A stretch of DNA of 64,000 nucleotides from a virus (lineage: Duplodnaviria > Caudoviricetes): IMG/VR virus record IMGVR_UViG_3300018405_000011; one strand, written 5' to 3'. Both the position numbers and the translations under genes were made by a program. Below, one piece after another: positions 19,636 through 29,998 of the stretch; within the stretch, counting starts at the first letter, position 1, and every line of letters begins with the position of its first letter. A model generated the notes under the pieces. That model did no database searches. It saw nothing but the letters and a program-made list of their open reading frames with translations, and had not been told where the DNA came from.

Positions 19636-20052
19636 ATGACCATTTATGACATTGTCCCTGGACAGAAACTGAAGTTTTCAATCTATGGACAGATTAACAG
19701 CGTGAAGAACTTCGAAGGAACAATTGCCGGGCTAGTACTCGGCAGCTATGTTCCACAAACCGAAGACCCTTCCATTAACCATGCTAACATTTACCCAACC
19801 TTACCGGACTCTCGTAAAGAAGCGTTCCAAGACCTTTATACTTCATACCAGTATGTTCAGCTAGTACGTGCGGATAACAGCATTGTATATATCGGACTAC
19901 CATGGATTAATGATGCAACCATTGAGTCTTTAGAAAACGTTATTTGTGACATCCGCCTAACTAACTTTAAAGCTTCTCGTCGTGACGAACTCGTTCTCAA
20001 GTTAGCACAGTGGAACTTTGATGTAGAAAAGATAACGGTATCGACCGAGTAA
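19636..20052 (+). CDS. Conserved phiKZ gp49-like protein
   Basis: AAGGAG RBS; HANIYPTLP...YVQL...IGLPWIN pattern; located just upstream of the DNA polymerase gene. Confidence 0.55.
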   Translation: MTIYDIVPGQKLKFSIYGQINSVKNFEGTIAGLVLGSYVPQTEDPSINHANIYPTLPDSRKEAFQDLYTSYQYVQLVRADNSIVYIGLPWINDATIESLENVICDIRLTNFKASRRDELVLKLAQWNFDVEKITVSTE

Positions 20053-20253
20053 TTATTTTAAATGGGCTTGTCTTATAGCATAGGTAAAGGCGGGTCCAGT
20101 TCATGATCGCACATGAATGGCTTTACCAATTGGGTTTGGACAACAAAGTGTTGTTATTTTTCAGATACTCTAGGCTTCGTGCTTAGGGTATCTGTTTTTT
20201 TTTTTGCTTTTTTACAAGACATGGGAATAGATTAGACCCAAAAGGAGATAACC

Positions 20254-22419
20254 ATGTCCGCCTTTGTAAAACCTTTAGATTACTATAGCCGAGATTATGA
20301 CATCATCGGTAACTATAAGCAGTCCATGTCACAGGTCATTCATCTGTGCACTGGCGCAACAGTAGAAGAAGCACGTTCATTTTTAGATGTCAAAATGGAT
20401 AATGAGTGGAAACCTAAATCCCCTCAAATGAAAGCTCTGATGCGTGAACCCCGCGCTGACCGTGCTAAAAAGAAAATCGATTTTTTATCTTACATGGACT
20501 GGGTGTCAGCACAGAACCATATCTTAGCCCCAAACCTTATCTGTTACGCTAACCCTAACATTGAAGAATCTTTCCTTTCTGGCTTTATCTCCAACAACCT
20601 AGCAACTCGTTCTGCGGTTAAGAAGGAAGGTCAAGCAGCCGGTATGGCTGGGGATAAGGAACATGAGAAGTTTTGTGACCTATTACAAGCTAACTATAAA
20701 ATCCGAAACAACTCTATCAGTGGCGCACTATCGAGTCCGTTCAACCCATTGTACTACGCTTCGTCTCATACATCCTTAACCAGTGTGTGTCGTACGATTA
20801 CGTCGTATGCCAATGCCTGCAATGAAAAGTTAATGGCCTCTAACCGCCATTACTATAGCCCTGAGGTTACAATAGAGAACATTGCCTATGTTACCTCCCA
20901 TGCTGACCTAACTGCCGTGTCAATGGCAATGGATGCGTTTAACATTAGTCCGCCATCGGTTGACTTTGTGTTAAACCAAATCTTTGAATCTACCAGACTG
21001 TACTGGAATCAGGAATCGTCAGAAGCCATGATTGAAACCATGGTTCGCAATATGACGGATGTTGAACGCGCTGCCTTTAGCTTTACAGGTGACCTACACG
21101 CGCTCCATCAGTCTAACGATACTGTGGTTCGTTTATTCTATGATAAACTTTCTACGCGCACTGCGCCGGTCATGGATAAGGCAGAGCAGGAAAAATGGCT
21201 AGGTGTCGCTGAAGATAATGAAATCGCTCTAGCGTCTTTATTGTGTTCAGACTTTATGAAAGGTAAAAAACCAAAAGACCTAGACCCAGAAGGTTATGGG
21301 GTTTGGATTGGACACATCAAGAATGTACTGACGGTGCTGGATGAATATCAGCTCTTTATTGACGCATTCATCAGTACTCGTCTAATGGTAGGGGCTATCC
21401 ATAGTTTACCCACGATTGTACGTAAGGTCGTCGTAGGGTCAGACACAGACTCTTCTATCTTTAGTACGCAGAAGCAAGTGAAGTGGTATACTGGCGCGAT
21501 AGACTTTAGTCATGCTGCCGTGCAAGCCGGAGCCATTACGTCGTATCTCGCTTCACAACACATTGTGCATACCTTAGCACTGCTGTCAGGGCAGATGGCT
21601 GTTAAGAAAGACTTACTATTTAAACTCTCTATGAAATCAGAGTTCTATAGTAAAGGATACTCGCAAACCGGGGTCACAAAGGTATACACTATGTCAATAG
21701 ACGCTCAGGAAGGAAACGTTTTTGGTAAACCTAAACTTGAGGTGAAAGGTGTACTATTAAAGAGCTCTAAACTCCCAGGTCCTGTGCGTGATGAAATTGA
21801 GAAATTCATCTGGTACTGCATGGGTGCCCCTGGTGTAAAAGGAGGAATATCCCCACTGCAACCTGCTGCCATTTTAGCCAAGATAGAGCATCGCATTATG
21901 CATCACTTACGTAGTGGTAATACGACGTACTTTAAAACCGAACAGATTAAGACTACAGCTACTTATGCAGCAGAAGACAGTGCTGCGCAGGTGGTGTGTA
22001 AAGACATATGGAATGAACTGTTTGGGGCAGAGAAAGGGTATATCGAGCAACTGCCGGCGGATGCCTATAAGGTTAACGTTGATTTAAGCAAGATGGATAA
22101 GCTTATGGCATGGGGTGACATGTTAGGACAAGATAAGAAGAACAAACTTCGTGAGTTCTTACATCAGCGAGGTAAGTCGTCCATGACACAGCTATTAGCC
22201 CCTACAGAGCTAATGGAAGGAGGCGTGATACCTAAAGAGTTGCTAATGGTAATGGATACGAGAAAGGTACTCTTTTCTCTGATGCAGCCATTTTATATTC
22301 TGAGTAACGCATTAAGCCTTAATATCGCTAACTCTAAGTTCACCCATTTCTGGAGTGATGACTTTACAGAAGAACAGGCAGATAAACATTTGCCAGAAGG
22401 ATACACCATAGAAATCTAG
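20254..22419 (+). CDS. Family B DNA polymerase, polymerase (palm) subunit (phiKZ gp50-like)
   Basis: Catalytic VGSDTDSSIF motif, KIRNNSISGA motif and LEVKGV; 721 aa. Confidence 0.88.
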   Translation: MSAFVKPLDYYSRDYDIIGNYKQSMSQVIHLCTGATVEEARSFLDVKMDNEWKPKSPQMKALMREPRADRAKKKIDFLSYMDWVSAQNHILAPNLICYANPNIEESFLSGFISNNLATRSAVKKEGQAAGMAGDKEHEKFCDLLQANYKIRNNSISGALSSPFNPLYYASSHTSLTSVCRTITSYANACNEKLMASNRHYYSPEVTIENIAYVTSHADLTAVSMAMDAFNISPPSVDFVLNQIFESTRLYWNQESSEAMIETMVRNMTDVERAAFSFTGDLHALHQSNDTVVRLFYDKLSTRTAPVMDKAEQEKWLGVAEDNEIALASLLCSDFMKGKKPKDLDPEGYGVWIGHIKNVLTVLDEYQLFIDAFISTRLMVGAIHSLPTIVRKVVVGSDTDSSIFSTQKQVKWYTGAIDFSHAAVQAGAITSYLASQHIVHTLALLSGQMAVKKDLLFKLSMKSEFYSKGYSQTGVTKVYTMSIDAQEGNVFGKPKLEVKGVLLKSSKLPGPVRDEIEKFIWYCMGAPGVKGGISPLQPAAILAKIEHRIMHHLRSGNTTYFKTEQIKTTATYAAEDSAAQVVCKDIWNELFGAEKGYIEQLPADAYKVNVDLSKMDKLMAWGDMLGQDKKNKLREFLHQRGKSSMTQLLAPTELMEGGVIPKELLMVMDTRKVLFSLMQPFYILSNALSLNIANSKFTHFWSDDFTEEQADKHLPEGYTIEI

Positions 22420-22446
22420 TTAGTAAAATGTGTTTCAGTGCAAAGT

Positions 22447-22460
22447 AAAACCTATATTCC
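22447..22460 (+). promoter_or_regulatory. Phage promoter motif
   Basis: AAAACCTATATTCC. Confidence 0.55.
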
Positions 22461-22556
22461 CATAGTGTATATGAGTAAATAAAACAATGACTCTGTGTCC
22501 CTTAAGCCTTCGCTTAAGGGACACTCGGTCTTTTTTCTTTTTTAGGGAGTATAAAA

Positions 22557-22841
22557 ATGCGCATTTCAAATATGGAAATCAATGAAGACTTTACCGTTCA
22601 ATGTATTAAAGGCAGTCTGGTTGCAGTTATTACCATTGGCCTATTTAAAACCAGTGATATTAAAACTGAACGAGTCGTGGTTCAGTTACAGCGTAAGGGT
22701 AAGTTAGACACTATCTACGATGCTGTAACTCGTAAAGCCTTAGCTATCTCTTTACGTGATAAAGGCATTAAGTCAGCTACTGATGTAGAAGCTTACTTAT
22801 ATGAAGAGATGTTAAAGCGATACGCGATATTCGAAGCATAA
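22557..22841 (+). CDS. Hypothetical protein
   Basis: GGGAG RBS; 94 aa; followed by a bidirectional terminator. Confidence 0.65.
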   Translation: MRISNMEINEDFTVQCIKGSLVAVITIGLFKTSDIKTERVVVQLQRKGKLDTIYDAVTRKALAISLRDKGIKSATDVEAYLYEEMLKRYAIFEA

Positions 22842-22878
22842 ATAGAGAGGAGGGCAAACCCGTCCTCTCTATTTTTTT

Positions 22879-23961
22879 TTAGTTAAACGAGAAAGCAACG
22901 TCTGTATAGCCTAAGGTGATTAAGTCCACAATATCTCGGTTAGGGGCTTTTTCAATCACGCGTTGCGACCTTAATACACGGTCGTATTTGCGCCATAGGT
23001 TTTCCTGTGTAGTCTGCTCTGGGTTATTAGGAGTAAACTTAAGGCATACCTGAATAGAAGGGATAATCGCCGCAAACTGAACCCAGTGATTCTGTGGACT
23101 AATGTCAGTGGCCAATTCAGGTAGCCCTATACCCATGTCCGGATACACAAACGAAGGTACATGGGATAGTATTTTCTCCCATGTAGCAGAACGGTTGGAT
23201 ACGTCCTCTAGAAGCCCATAAAGGGTTTCGAGTAACTCACTGGTGCGGTTAGGAATAGCGAGATGAGTAGGAAAGCTCCCACTATCCATCTCCCATGCCC
23301 CCTTACCTATTACTAGGCTGCGCATCATGATGGCGTCCATCTGTGACCACATCATAGATGGGTATACGTATTGTCCGATAAAGTGCTCAATCCGACGCTG
23401 ATATTCTACAGGCAGCTTTTGGTTTTCCAGATGCCAACCTAAATACATGTAGGCGAGTAGTCCTATGTCGATGCTTACGACACAGTAGTTAATGTCTCCC
23501 TCATCAATGAGGTCTGGGCGAACATATGACCCTTTAACGCCCGCTCGGTCGATTACGCGTAGAGGTTGGAGGGTTTTCCATGGAGCTTGACTAAATACAC
23601 GGTGGCGGTTTTTCACCACGGTCTCTGCGACTAGTATTGTCTGTGTGCGCTCTCCGTAAAAGAGGCCACTGAATGCTTCACCCGAATTCTGCGATGTGGT
23701 AATGCCAACACTAAAAGCAAGCTCTTCAATGTTCTCATTAACCTTATTATACAGCCCTAAGGAATCGGTTGTCAATAGCCCTTGTAGTCGATAGCATAGA
23801 CGTACAATAGGACTGGACATGTCAATCGGCACATACTTGTTGTTATAGTAGTTAATTGCCGTTGCTATGTTTTTGGCTTGAAGTTTTACCAAGCGGTCAA
23901 GCCCTGCCTCTATTGTGAGTCCACGAGACAGGCCAGTAAATGTTTTAAAAAGGGGTAACAT
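22879..23961 (-). CDS. Conserved phiKZ gp52-like protein
   Basis: 360-aa ORF between DNA polymerase and chmA on the opposite strand; synteny. Confidence 0.55.
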   Translation of the reverse strand: MLPLFKTFTGLSRGLTIEAGLDRLVKLQAKNIATAINYYNNKYVPIDMSSPIVRLCYRLQGLLTTDSLGLYNKVNENIEELAFSVGITTSQNSGEAFSGLFYGERTQTILVAETVVKNRHRVFSQAPWKTLQPLRVIDRAGVKGSYVRPDLIDEGDINYCVVSIDIGLLAYMYLGWHLENQKLPVEYQRRIEHFIGQYVYPSMMWSQMDAIMMRSLVIGKGAWEMDSGSFPTHLAIPNRTSELLETLYGLLEDVSNRSATWEKILSHVPSFVYPDMGIGLPELATDISPQNHWVQFAAIIPSIQVCLKFTPNNPEQTTQENLWRKYDRVLRSQRVIEKAPNRDIVDLITLGYTDVAFSFN

Positions 23962-24157
23962 GACATGGCCTCTAGTAATAAAAAATATGGATGTCCTATA
24001 GGATGTGGACGATGCACTTTGGTGTTATCGCCCAGTGCAAAAATGCTATTAGAGGAATAAGTAACTATACTTTGCCTAATAGTATGTTAGAGTTTATCCT
24101 TGATTGGGTAAACCTAACAGGTAGACTGTCCACTTTTCTGTTTTTCAAGAAAACGTG

Positions 24158-24170
24158 ACACCTATATTCC
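24158..24170 (+). promoter_or_regulatory. Phage promoter motif upstream of chmA
   Basis: ACACCTATATTCC about 105 nt before the chmA start. Confidence 0.55.
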
Positions 24171-24274
24171 CCATATGCTTTAACATCATTAAAACAATTG
24201 ATGTTAGCGGAAATAAGCCATACACGGCTTTTTCTTTTATTTAAATTATCATATCTCACCAGAGGATATTTACT

Positions 24275-26152
24275 ATGTTCGATCCAAATGAAAACAAAGC
24301 ACCTAAAGCAACTAAAGTTCCAGCAGGCGACAATACTCAAGCAACATCGCAATCAAGCGACTTTTTCTCTGACTATCTAGCCGGTGCTTCTGACGTAGCA
24401 TCACGTTCTTCTGAAATCGTAGTTAAGGCAGTTGAGTTCCTAAACAAACGTTCTGAAGACGCTAAGCGTCTAAACGCTGACCGTGTAGGTCTACGTTTCA
24501 CTCACATCGATGACGAAACAGCGCTAGGTCTACCTGTTATCATCGCTTACAACACTAAAGGTCCGGTTAACGGTTTCTTCACTATCATCGTTGAAGAAGG
24601 CGCATACGACGGTAAGTTAAAAGGTCGTGAAGTACATGTACTGAACGAACAGATTGTTATCGACCAATCGACTTCTGATTATTGGGATGGTATCTTAGTT
24701 ACAACTATCGCTAAGCATCTGAAGCAGCTTACTCAAAAAGACTATGCGCACAATAGCTACATGGTTGCACGCGAGTGCATGGACTTGTCTAACGAGAAGT
24801 ACCTAGGTGCACTATACGCGACATCAGAGCGTAACCTAATGTCTCTGTCTGTAGTTAATGTCCCAACAATCGAAAACTTGAACCAACACGGTCTGTCATT
24901 GGAAATAAGCCATGACGTATCACCTGGTGCAACAGTTGAAGATTTAGAAGGTAACCCTGTTTACTGTGACGTTGAATCAACCGTAAGTCTAGGTGTGCCA
25001 CGTGACCGCAACAACAAAAACCGTTCACACAATGCCCGTGAGCGTCGTGCTACTCTTGTAAACGTACGTAGTTACCTAGACTTCGTGTTCCAACCAGCAA
25101 GTCAAGTCGCTACGTTACCTGGCACTCAAGAAATGATTCGCCCAGCATACCACCCAGTATTGATTCAAGCAGACAGCTCAGGTATCGATGCTCAAACTGG
25201 TAAAGCATTTGAATCACGTGAAACTGCACTGTTCGCATTGCTAGCAATGGCAGAGCTGGCGGCTAACCGTAACTACATCAACATTCTGCGTCGTAACCAC
25301 GGCGGTAAACCAGAAATTGGTGTATTAGGCTACCGTTGGGAAGGTCGCTACGGTGTACAAGACTGGGTACCGGCCGAAGTAGAAATCGATAAAGGTATCG
25401 CTACTGGCATGAACTCAGGTCGTCAAACACTGGATGCTTACCTAAAACGTAACGTACACGACACTATTACAGTAGCAGTCGACGTACTACGCGGTGGTCG
25501 TAACGCATGGATCTATGAACCATACGTACAGTCAGTGCTAGCGAACAACCCAAATGACCGTCTAGAAGCGAACACCAATATTGTTCGTATGATTGACGCG
25601 TTCACTAAAGGTCACTTCTCTGCACTATGGCCAGAAAACAAACCTATCTTCCAAGAGTCTGTTGTTGCAGTACACTCAGCAACTTACTTAGACAAAGATG
25701 GTCACGTACATGACGTACGTGAATGTGGTACGCTACAGCTACACCAACTTTACAAAGAGCAAACTGATGCACGCATGGCTGAGTTTGAAAAATCAATGGC
25801 ACCGGGTGGTTCTAACGGTGATGTTGGTCTAGTCAACATTCACAATCGTCGTCAAGTACTAAAACAAGTACTAGGTGCAGAAATCAATGGTATGATTGAA
25901 CGTCTGTTCTACATGCCTGACTTCTTCCCTGTGTTCTTAGAAGCGTGTGGTCGCGCTGGTCTTCGTGTTAGCTCTGAAGGTCTACACGACACAACTGTAG
26001 CTGGTAACATGGGCGTGGATAACTTCCACGCTGGTCAAATGCCTACAATGACAGGTATTTACCAAACCTCTACAGGTGGTTATGCAAACGGCCAAGGTCA
26101 ATACATCGGTGGCAACTACAGCTACGGTGCATATGGTGCCTACAACGGTTAA
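24275..26152 (+). CDS. chmA: Chimallin, phage nuclear shell protein (phiKZ gp54-like)
   Basis: 625 aa; flexible N-terminus and G/Y-rich C-terminal tail; strongly biased codon usage; canonical position between DNA polymerase and the nvRNAP beta-prime gene; strong terminator at about 26182-26217. Confidence 0.85.
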   Translation: MFDPNENKAPKATKVPAGDNTQATSQSSDFFSDYLAGASDVASRSSEIVVKAVEFLNKRSEDAKRLNADRVGLRFTHIDDETALGLPVIIAYNTKGPVNGFFTIIVEEGAYDGKLKGREVHVLNEQIVIDQSTSDYWDGILVTTIAKHLKQLTQKDYAHNSYMVARECMDLSNEKYLGALYATSERNLMSLSVVNVPTIENLNQHGLSLEISHDVSPGATVEDLEGNPVYCDVESTVSLGVPRDRNNKNRSHNARERRATLVNVRSYLDFVFQPASQVATLPGTQEMIRPAYHPVLIQADSSGIDAQTGKAFESRETALFALLAMAELAANRNYINILRRNHGGKPEIGVLGYRWEGRYGVQDWVPAEVEIDKGIATGMNSGRQTLDAYLKRNVHDTITVAVDVLRGGRNAWIYEPYVQSVLANNPNDRLEANTNIVRMIDAFTKGHFSALWPENKPIFQESVVAVHSATYLDKDGHVHDVRECGTLQLHQLYKEQTDARMAEFEKSMAPGGSNGDVGLVNIHNRRQVLKQVLGAEINGMIERLFYMPDFFPVFLEACGRAGLRVSSEGLHDTTVAGNMGVDNFHAGQMPTMTGIYQTSTGGYANGQGQYIGGNYSYGAYGAYNG

Positions 26153-26273
26153 TTTGTAGTATTAAACCTACGTAAGAAATAAGCTGAAGGCTGCGGTGAA
26201 AGCCGTGGTCTTCAGCTTTCTTATCTTTTTTCTTTTTCTGTATAAAGCACTACTACTAACAAGGATAGCACGA

Positions 26274-27023
26274 ATGCCAAAAATCTTTTATCTCTCTACT
26301 GACACGGAAACCTTAGGGTTTAATGGACCGGTACGATTGCCAGATGGCACTATAGTCCAAGGTTGTGCATATTACCCTATCGTACAGATTGCAGGTAAGT
26401 TATTAGACGGACATTTAAACGAACTAGCCCACTTTAATTATTTCATTCAACCTACCGCAGCACAAATGGCACGTGCCCTACCTGAAACTGTAGAATTTCA
26501 TATTAAAAATGGTTTTGACAAAGCATGGGACTCGGCCGAGCGCTTAAGTATCGAAGATGCACAGGTGGCTATCTACCAGTTCCTAGTCAGTCATCTGTCT
26601 ATTCACTGCCCTGAGTACATTAAAGAAGGGAAACTTCCTGAATACAAATACGATAACCCTGCAGTTATTATACTGCATGGTAAGTCTGTTAATTTCGATC
26701 GTACCTTTTTAAACTGCCAGTTACCTGAAATCGGTATGATACTAGGGCATCAAACCGCGGATGTCTCCGCTATCCGTACGTTAATGTACCCAGTAAAGCA
26801 TTTACCTAACCGACTCTCTAAGACAACGTCTACCCATGATGCACTCGATGACGTCAATGCAGCGATTGCTGACCATAAGGCCATCTTAGATTTCTTAAAC
26901 CTCGTCCCTGTACCCAAAGGCAAGTATCACTATTTAGAAGATGTCACTAACGTAGTATCTGAACAAAACAAAACCTATATTGCTAAAGTGATAACCTTCC
27001 TAAAAACCCACCTCTTTAAATAA
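26274..27023 (+). CDS. DEDDh 3'-5' exonuclease, oligoribonuclease-like
   Basis: STDTETLG (ExoI), GKSVNFDRTFL (ExoII), THDALDDV (ExoIII). Confidence 0.8.
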   Translation: MPKIFYLSTDTETLGFNGPVRLPDGTIVQGCAYYPIVQIAGKLLDGHLNELAHFNYFIQPTAAQMARALPETVEFHIKNGFDKAWDSAERLSIEDAQVAIYQFLVSHLSIHCPEYIKEGKLPEYKYDNPAVIILHGKSVNFDRTFLNCQLPEIGMILGHQTADVSAIRTLMYPVKHLPNRLSKTTSTHDALDDVNAAIADHKAILDFLNLVPVPKGKYHYLEDVTNVVSEQNKTYIAKVITFLKTHLFK

Positions 27024-27033
27024 GGAGTTTTAC

Positions 27034-28365
27034 ATGATAGGTGCCCGTGTCTTTAACTTCGTTAACTTAGACAATGTTATCCAGCGGATGGATAAACCTC
27101 CCATTATCATTAACCAGCTTGCGCTCGATACGGAAGAAGACAGAAAACTCTTAGAGTCTTTAACCGTAACACGCTATGAAGCTACTGACGTGTTTTCTAC
27201 TGTCCCTATGTGTTCCTGCCGCCGCACTAAGGTCGCTGAAGCCTTAGGGACTATCTGTGAGCACTGTGGTACAGAAGTCGTGTCTCACCACAACCAAGCC
27301 ATGGAATCCGAACTGTGGATATCCGTCCCAGACGGGATTGAGTATTTCCTTTCTCCTCTGCCATGGATATTCTTAAATCAACGCCTCTCTGCTCGAGGCT
27401 TTAACGGCTTACAATGGGCCATGGATTCTAAAATCCCAGACCCAGAAGAGTCTAACAAGAAAGCCTCTTCTATTGTTAACCGCTTTAAACAAGCGGGTTT
27501 TGTTCGTGGGTTATCTCACCTCAAAGACCAATTCGACACTATAGTCGATGTTGCTATTAGAGAAACCCAATCGGCTCAAAAGCGAGTTGAGTTACTAAAC
27601 TTCATTGACTACTACAAGGATGCCCTGTTTGTCAAACACATCCCTATTCCGTCTAAGGTCGCGTTTACCATAGAGAATACCGCCTATGGTAACTATTTCG
27701 ACCGTACAATGACTTCCGCAATAGAAGCCATCTTCTCAGCAGCAGGTACGTCCTCTATGCGTAACATCAAACGCTTAGAGTCACGCTTTACCTCTATCTT
27801 AGTTAACCTAACGGCTTACTATGAAGACGTGGTTACCAATAACCTGTCATCTAAGTCAGGATGGCTGCGCCGAGTAAACTACGGCACTCGTATGAACTAT
27901 TCCTTCCGGAATATCATTACGTCCTACCATGGTCTACATGAGGTCGATACGATATTGGTTCCGTACCATCAGCTATTAACGGTGTTAGAACCTTTAGTCG
28001 TGGCTCACCTCATCCGTGAGTATAACCATACCCACAGTCAGGCTCAAGCCTATGTAATCCAACACGCTACCGATAAAGACCCACTGTTGTGGGAAATATT
28101 GGAAATGTTCATTGACGAAACGCCACCTGTGCCTGTATCGGAAACAGCGCACGTAGTGACGCTAGATAAGGGAGGAAGACCGGTACTCACGGATTTACCG
28201 TGTACACTTACTACACGTAAGGTTAGAACCGGTGGAGGTATACGCTGTGCCCTTACGCGCTATCCCTCATTATCCCGTTCTAGCACGCAGGGCGTTAGGA
28301 TAGTTGGATTAAGTGACTGCGAGATAAGGATTTCAGTCCTTGCTCTACGTGGTCCAAACGCCGAC
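27034..28365 (+). CDS. Non-virion RNAP beta-prime N-terminal subunit, exon 1 (phiKZ gp55-like)
   Basis: N-terminal Zn ribbon CSC...CEHC, KSGWLRR, and RYPSL...LRGPNAD ending at the split NADFDGD motif. Confidence 0.88.
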
Positions 28366-29740
28366 AAACTAAAGTACAGTTTGCTCCATTAAGGAGAAAC
28401 TCGTGGAAATTAAACTACACGGAGACACTTTCAGAAAATCTTTAGAACATCCTTCTATTGTCGTTTCTCGGACCGGCAAACTCTTTAATCTAAAAGAAAA
28501 CGCTTACATTGAAATCAATCCTCCTAAAGAAGATTGGTACTTGACGTTTACTTCTCCTGACACAGGCAAGACATCATTACTCCATCGCTTAGTTGGGGAA
28601 TGCTGGGTGTCTAACCCTAGCCCGGAAACGTTCACCCTGATTAACCATAAGAACGGTAATAAACATGACCCGCACTTTGGAAATCTAGAGTGGACCGACC
28701 ATAGTGGTAATATACGTCACGCCTATGAACATGGTCTACGTACCGAAATGCAGACACTCGAAGTTTTCGATAAAGTAACACAGAAATGGTTTAAATCTAA
28801 AGGTCTAAATAAGACCGCGGCCTTAATCGACCTATCTCCGGCGCAACTGTCTTATCACCTTAAGGCAAAGGGCTGGTTTGAAAATGCCAATTTCATCACT
28901 CAGCTTTCTAACCTGGAAAGCCGTAAGGTGGCTGACCGTACTTTGTTTCCAGTAGGTGTTTTCGCCAAAGATATCGAAACAGGGAAGGTCGTTATAGCTG
29001 AAAACATTTCGCGCCTATCTAAAACCATAGGGGTTCCGAAGTCCAATATAAGACGTTGCATAGTGAAGGGAAAAGAATACCCCTCCAATGGCTACTTGTT
29101 TAGTTTGGACGGTGAGTTCCCAGAGACATGGAAAGATAACCATCGGACTAAAAAAGCCGTGGTCTACTTACATGAAGACGGGCGTAGAGTAATTGCCGTT
29201 TCGGATAGAGAAGCACAGAAACTGACAGGTATTAATGCTAAGCGTATAGTTAGAATGAAGAAAGAAGGTTCATCCTTTAAAGGTTGGAAAGTGCAAACTG
29301 GATAAGTCCGCCTCTATGGTGACATACAGGTGAGAATACGTGAATTGCTGGTAAAGTCTAAAGCCTAACACCAAAACGGATAGCGAAAGCTAAAACGGTA
29401 ACGGTGACGAAAGTCAGAAAAGACGTTAGGATGACCTATGGTGAGAGCCTAAGGGTTTTGACAATGGACAGCTCAGCAGCCAAGCGCCTACGGATTGTTG
29501 TGATAACAAGCTATGGTGAAGGTTCAACGACTATTACTGGGTACGGCACCCGATGTAGGAGAGCAAGCGCCTCCGAAGTGCGTATATCTGGAGTTGACTG
29601 AAGAAGTCTTATTCTCCAGAACTGATATAGTCTCGGCGTATCGCAAGATACCTGCTAGCCTGTGATGGTTAGTCGTCCGGTGAAACCCCGGAGCAGCATT
29701 AAGTTGCGGGTAAGGGATAGCATCCTTACTGAAGATAACG
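28366..29740 (+). mobile_element. Group I intron (1375 nt) in the nvRNAP beta-prime gene
   Basis: P GAATTGCTGG (29342), Q TCAGCAGC (29473), R GTTCAACGACTA (29522), S GATATAGTCT (29624); terminal G at 29740; removal joins NAD to FDGDQ. Confidence 0.92.
28403..29305 (+). CDS. Intron-encoded HNH homing endonuclease
   Basis: LHRLVGECW...INHKNGNKHDPHFGNLEW HNH motif; C-terminal NUMOD1-like repeats; AAGGAG RBS before GTG. Confidence 0.88.
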   Translation: MEIKLHGDTFRKSLEHPSIVVSRTGKLFNLKENAYIEINPPKEDWYLTFTSPDTGKTSLLHRLVGECWVSNPSPETFTLINHKNGNKHDPHFGNLEWTDHSGNIRHAYEHGLRTEMQTLEVFDKVTQKWFKSKGLNKTAALIDLSPAQLSYHLKAKGWFENANFITQLSNLESRKVADRTLFPVGVFAKDIETGKVVIAENISRLSKTIGVPKSNIRRCIVKGKEYPSNGYLFSLDGEFPETWKDNHRTKKAVVYLHEDGRRVIAVSDREAQKLTGINAKRIVRMKKEGSSFKGWKVQTG

Positions 29741-29932
29741 TTCGACGGTGACCAAATGACAGGGTCTATTGCTTTAGATGAATACATGGCTGAACGCATG
29801 AGTTTACTCGCGCCTCACTATGACGTTTATTCTACGGCATACCCTTTAACATTAAAGCATAACATCGGTTTACCGTCTGTTACTGTTACAAACAAAGCAG
29901 AATGGATGGCATCCGAAGTTATGGTTATTTAA
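29741..29932 (+). CDS. Non-virion RNAP beta-prime N-terminal subunit, exon 2 (not in ORF track)
   Basis: TTC GAC GGT GAC CAA ATG = FDGDQM, open to TAA at 29930-29932; spliced protein 507 aa. Confidence 0.9.
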   Translation, partial: FDGDQMTGSIALDEYMAERMSLLAPHYDVYSTAYPLTLKHNIGLPSVTVTNKAEWMASEVMVI

Positions 29933-29998
29933 ATTAGAAAAAAAGAATAGTCTGCAGGTAGTGACTACTACCTGCGGTTGTTCTATCTATAAAGAGAA

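Noticed and set aside
24065-24380. ORFs 24065-24352 (-) and 24198-24380 (+)
   Set aside because: They overlap the chmA promoter and start; no RBS or motif.
28366-28392. Track ORF 27034-28392 as a complete beta-prime subunit
   Set aside because: KLKYSLLH* is read-through into the intron; the catalytic FDGD is in exon 2 at 29741.
29404-29799. ORFs 29404-29601 (+) and 29524-29799 (-)
   Set aside because: They overlap the intron catalytic core (P/Q/R/S) and exon 2; chance frames.
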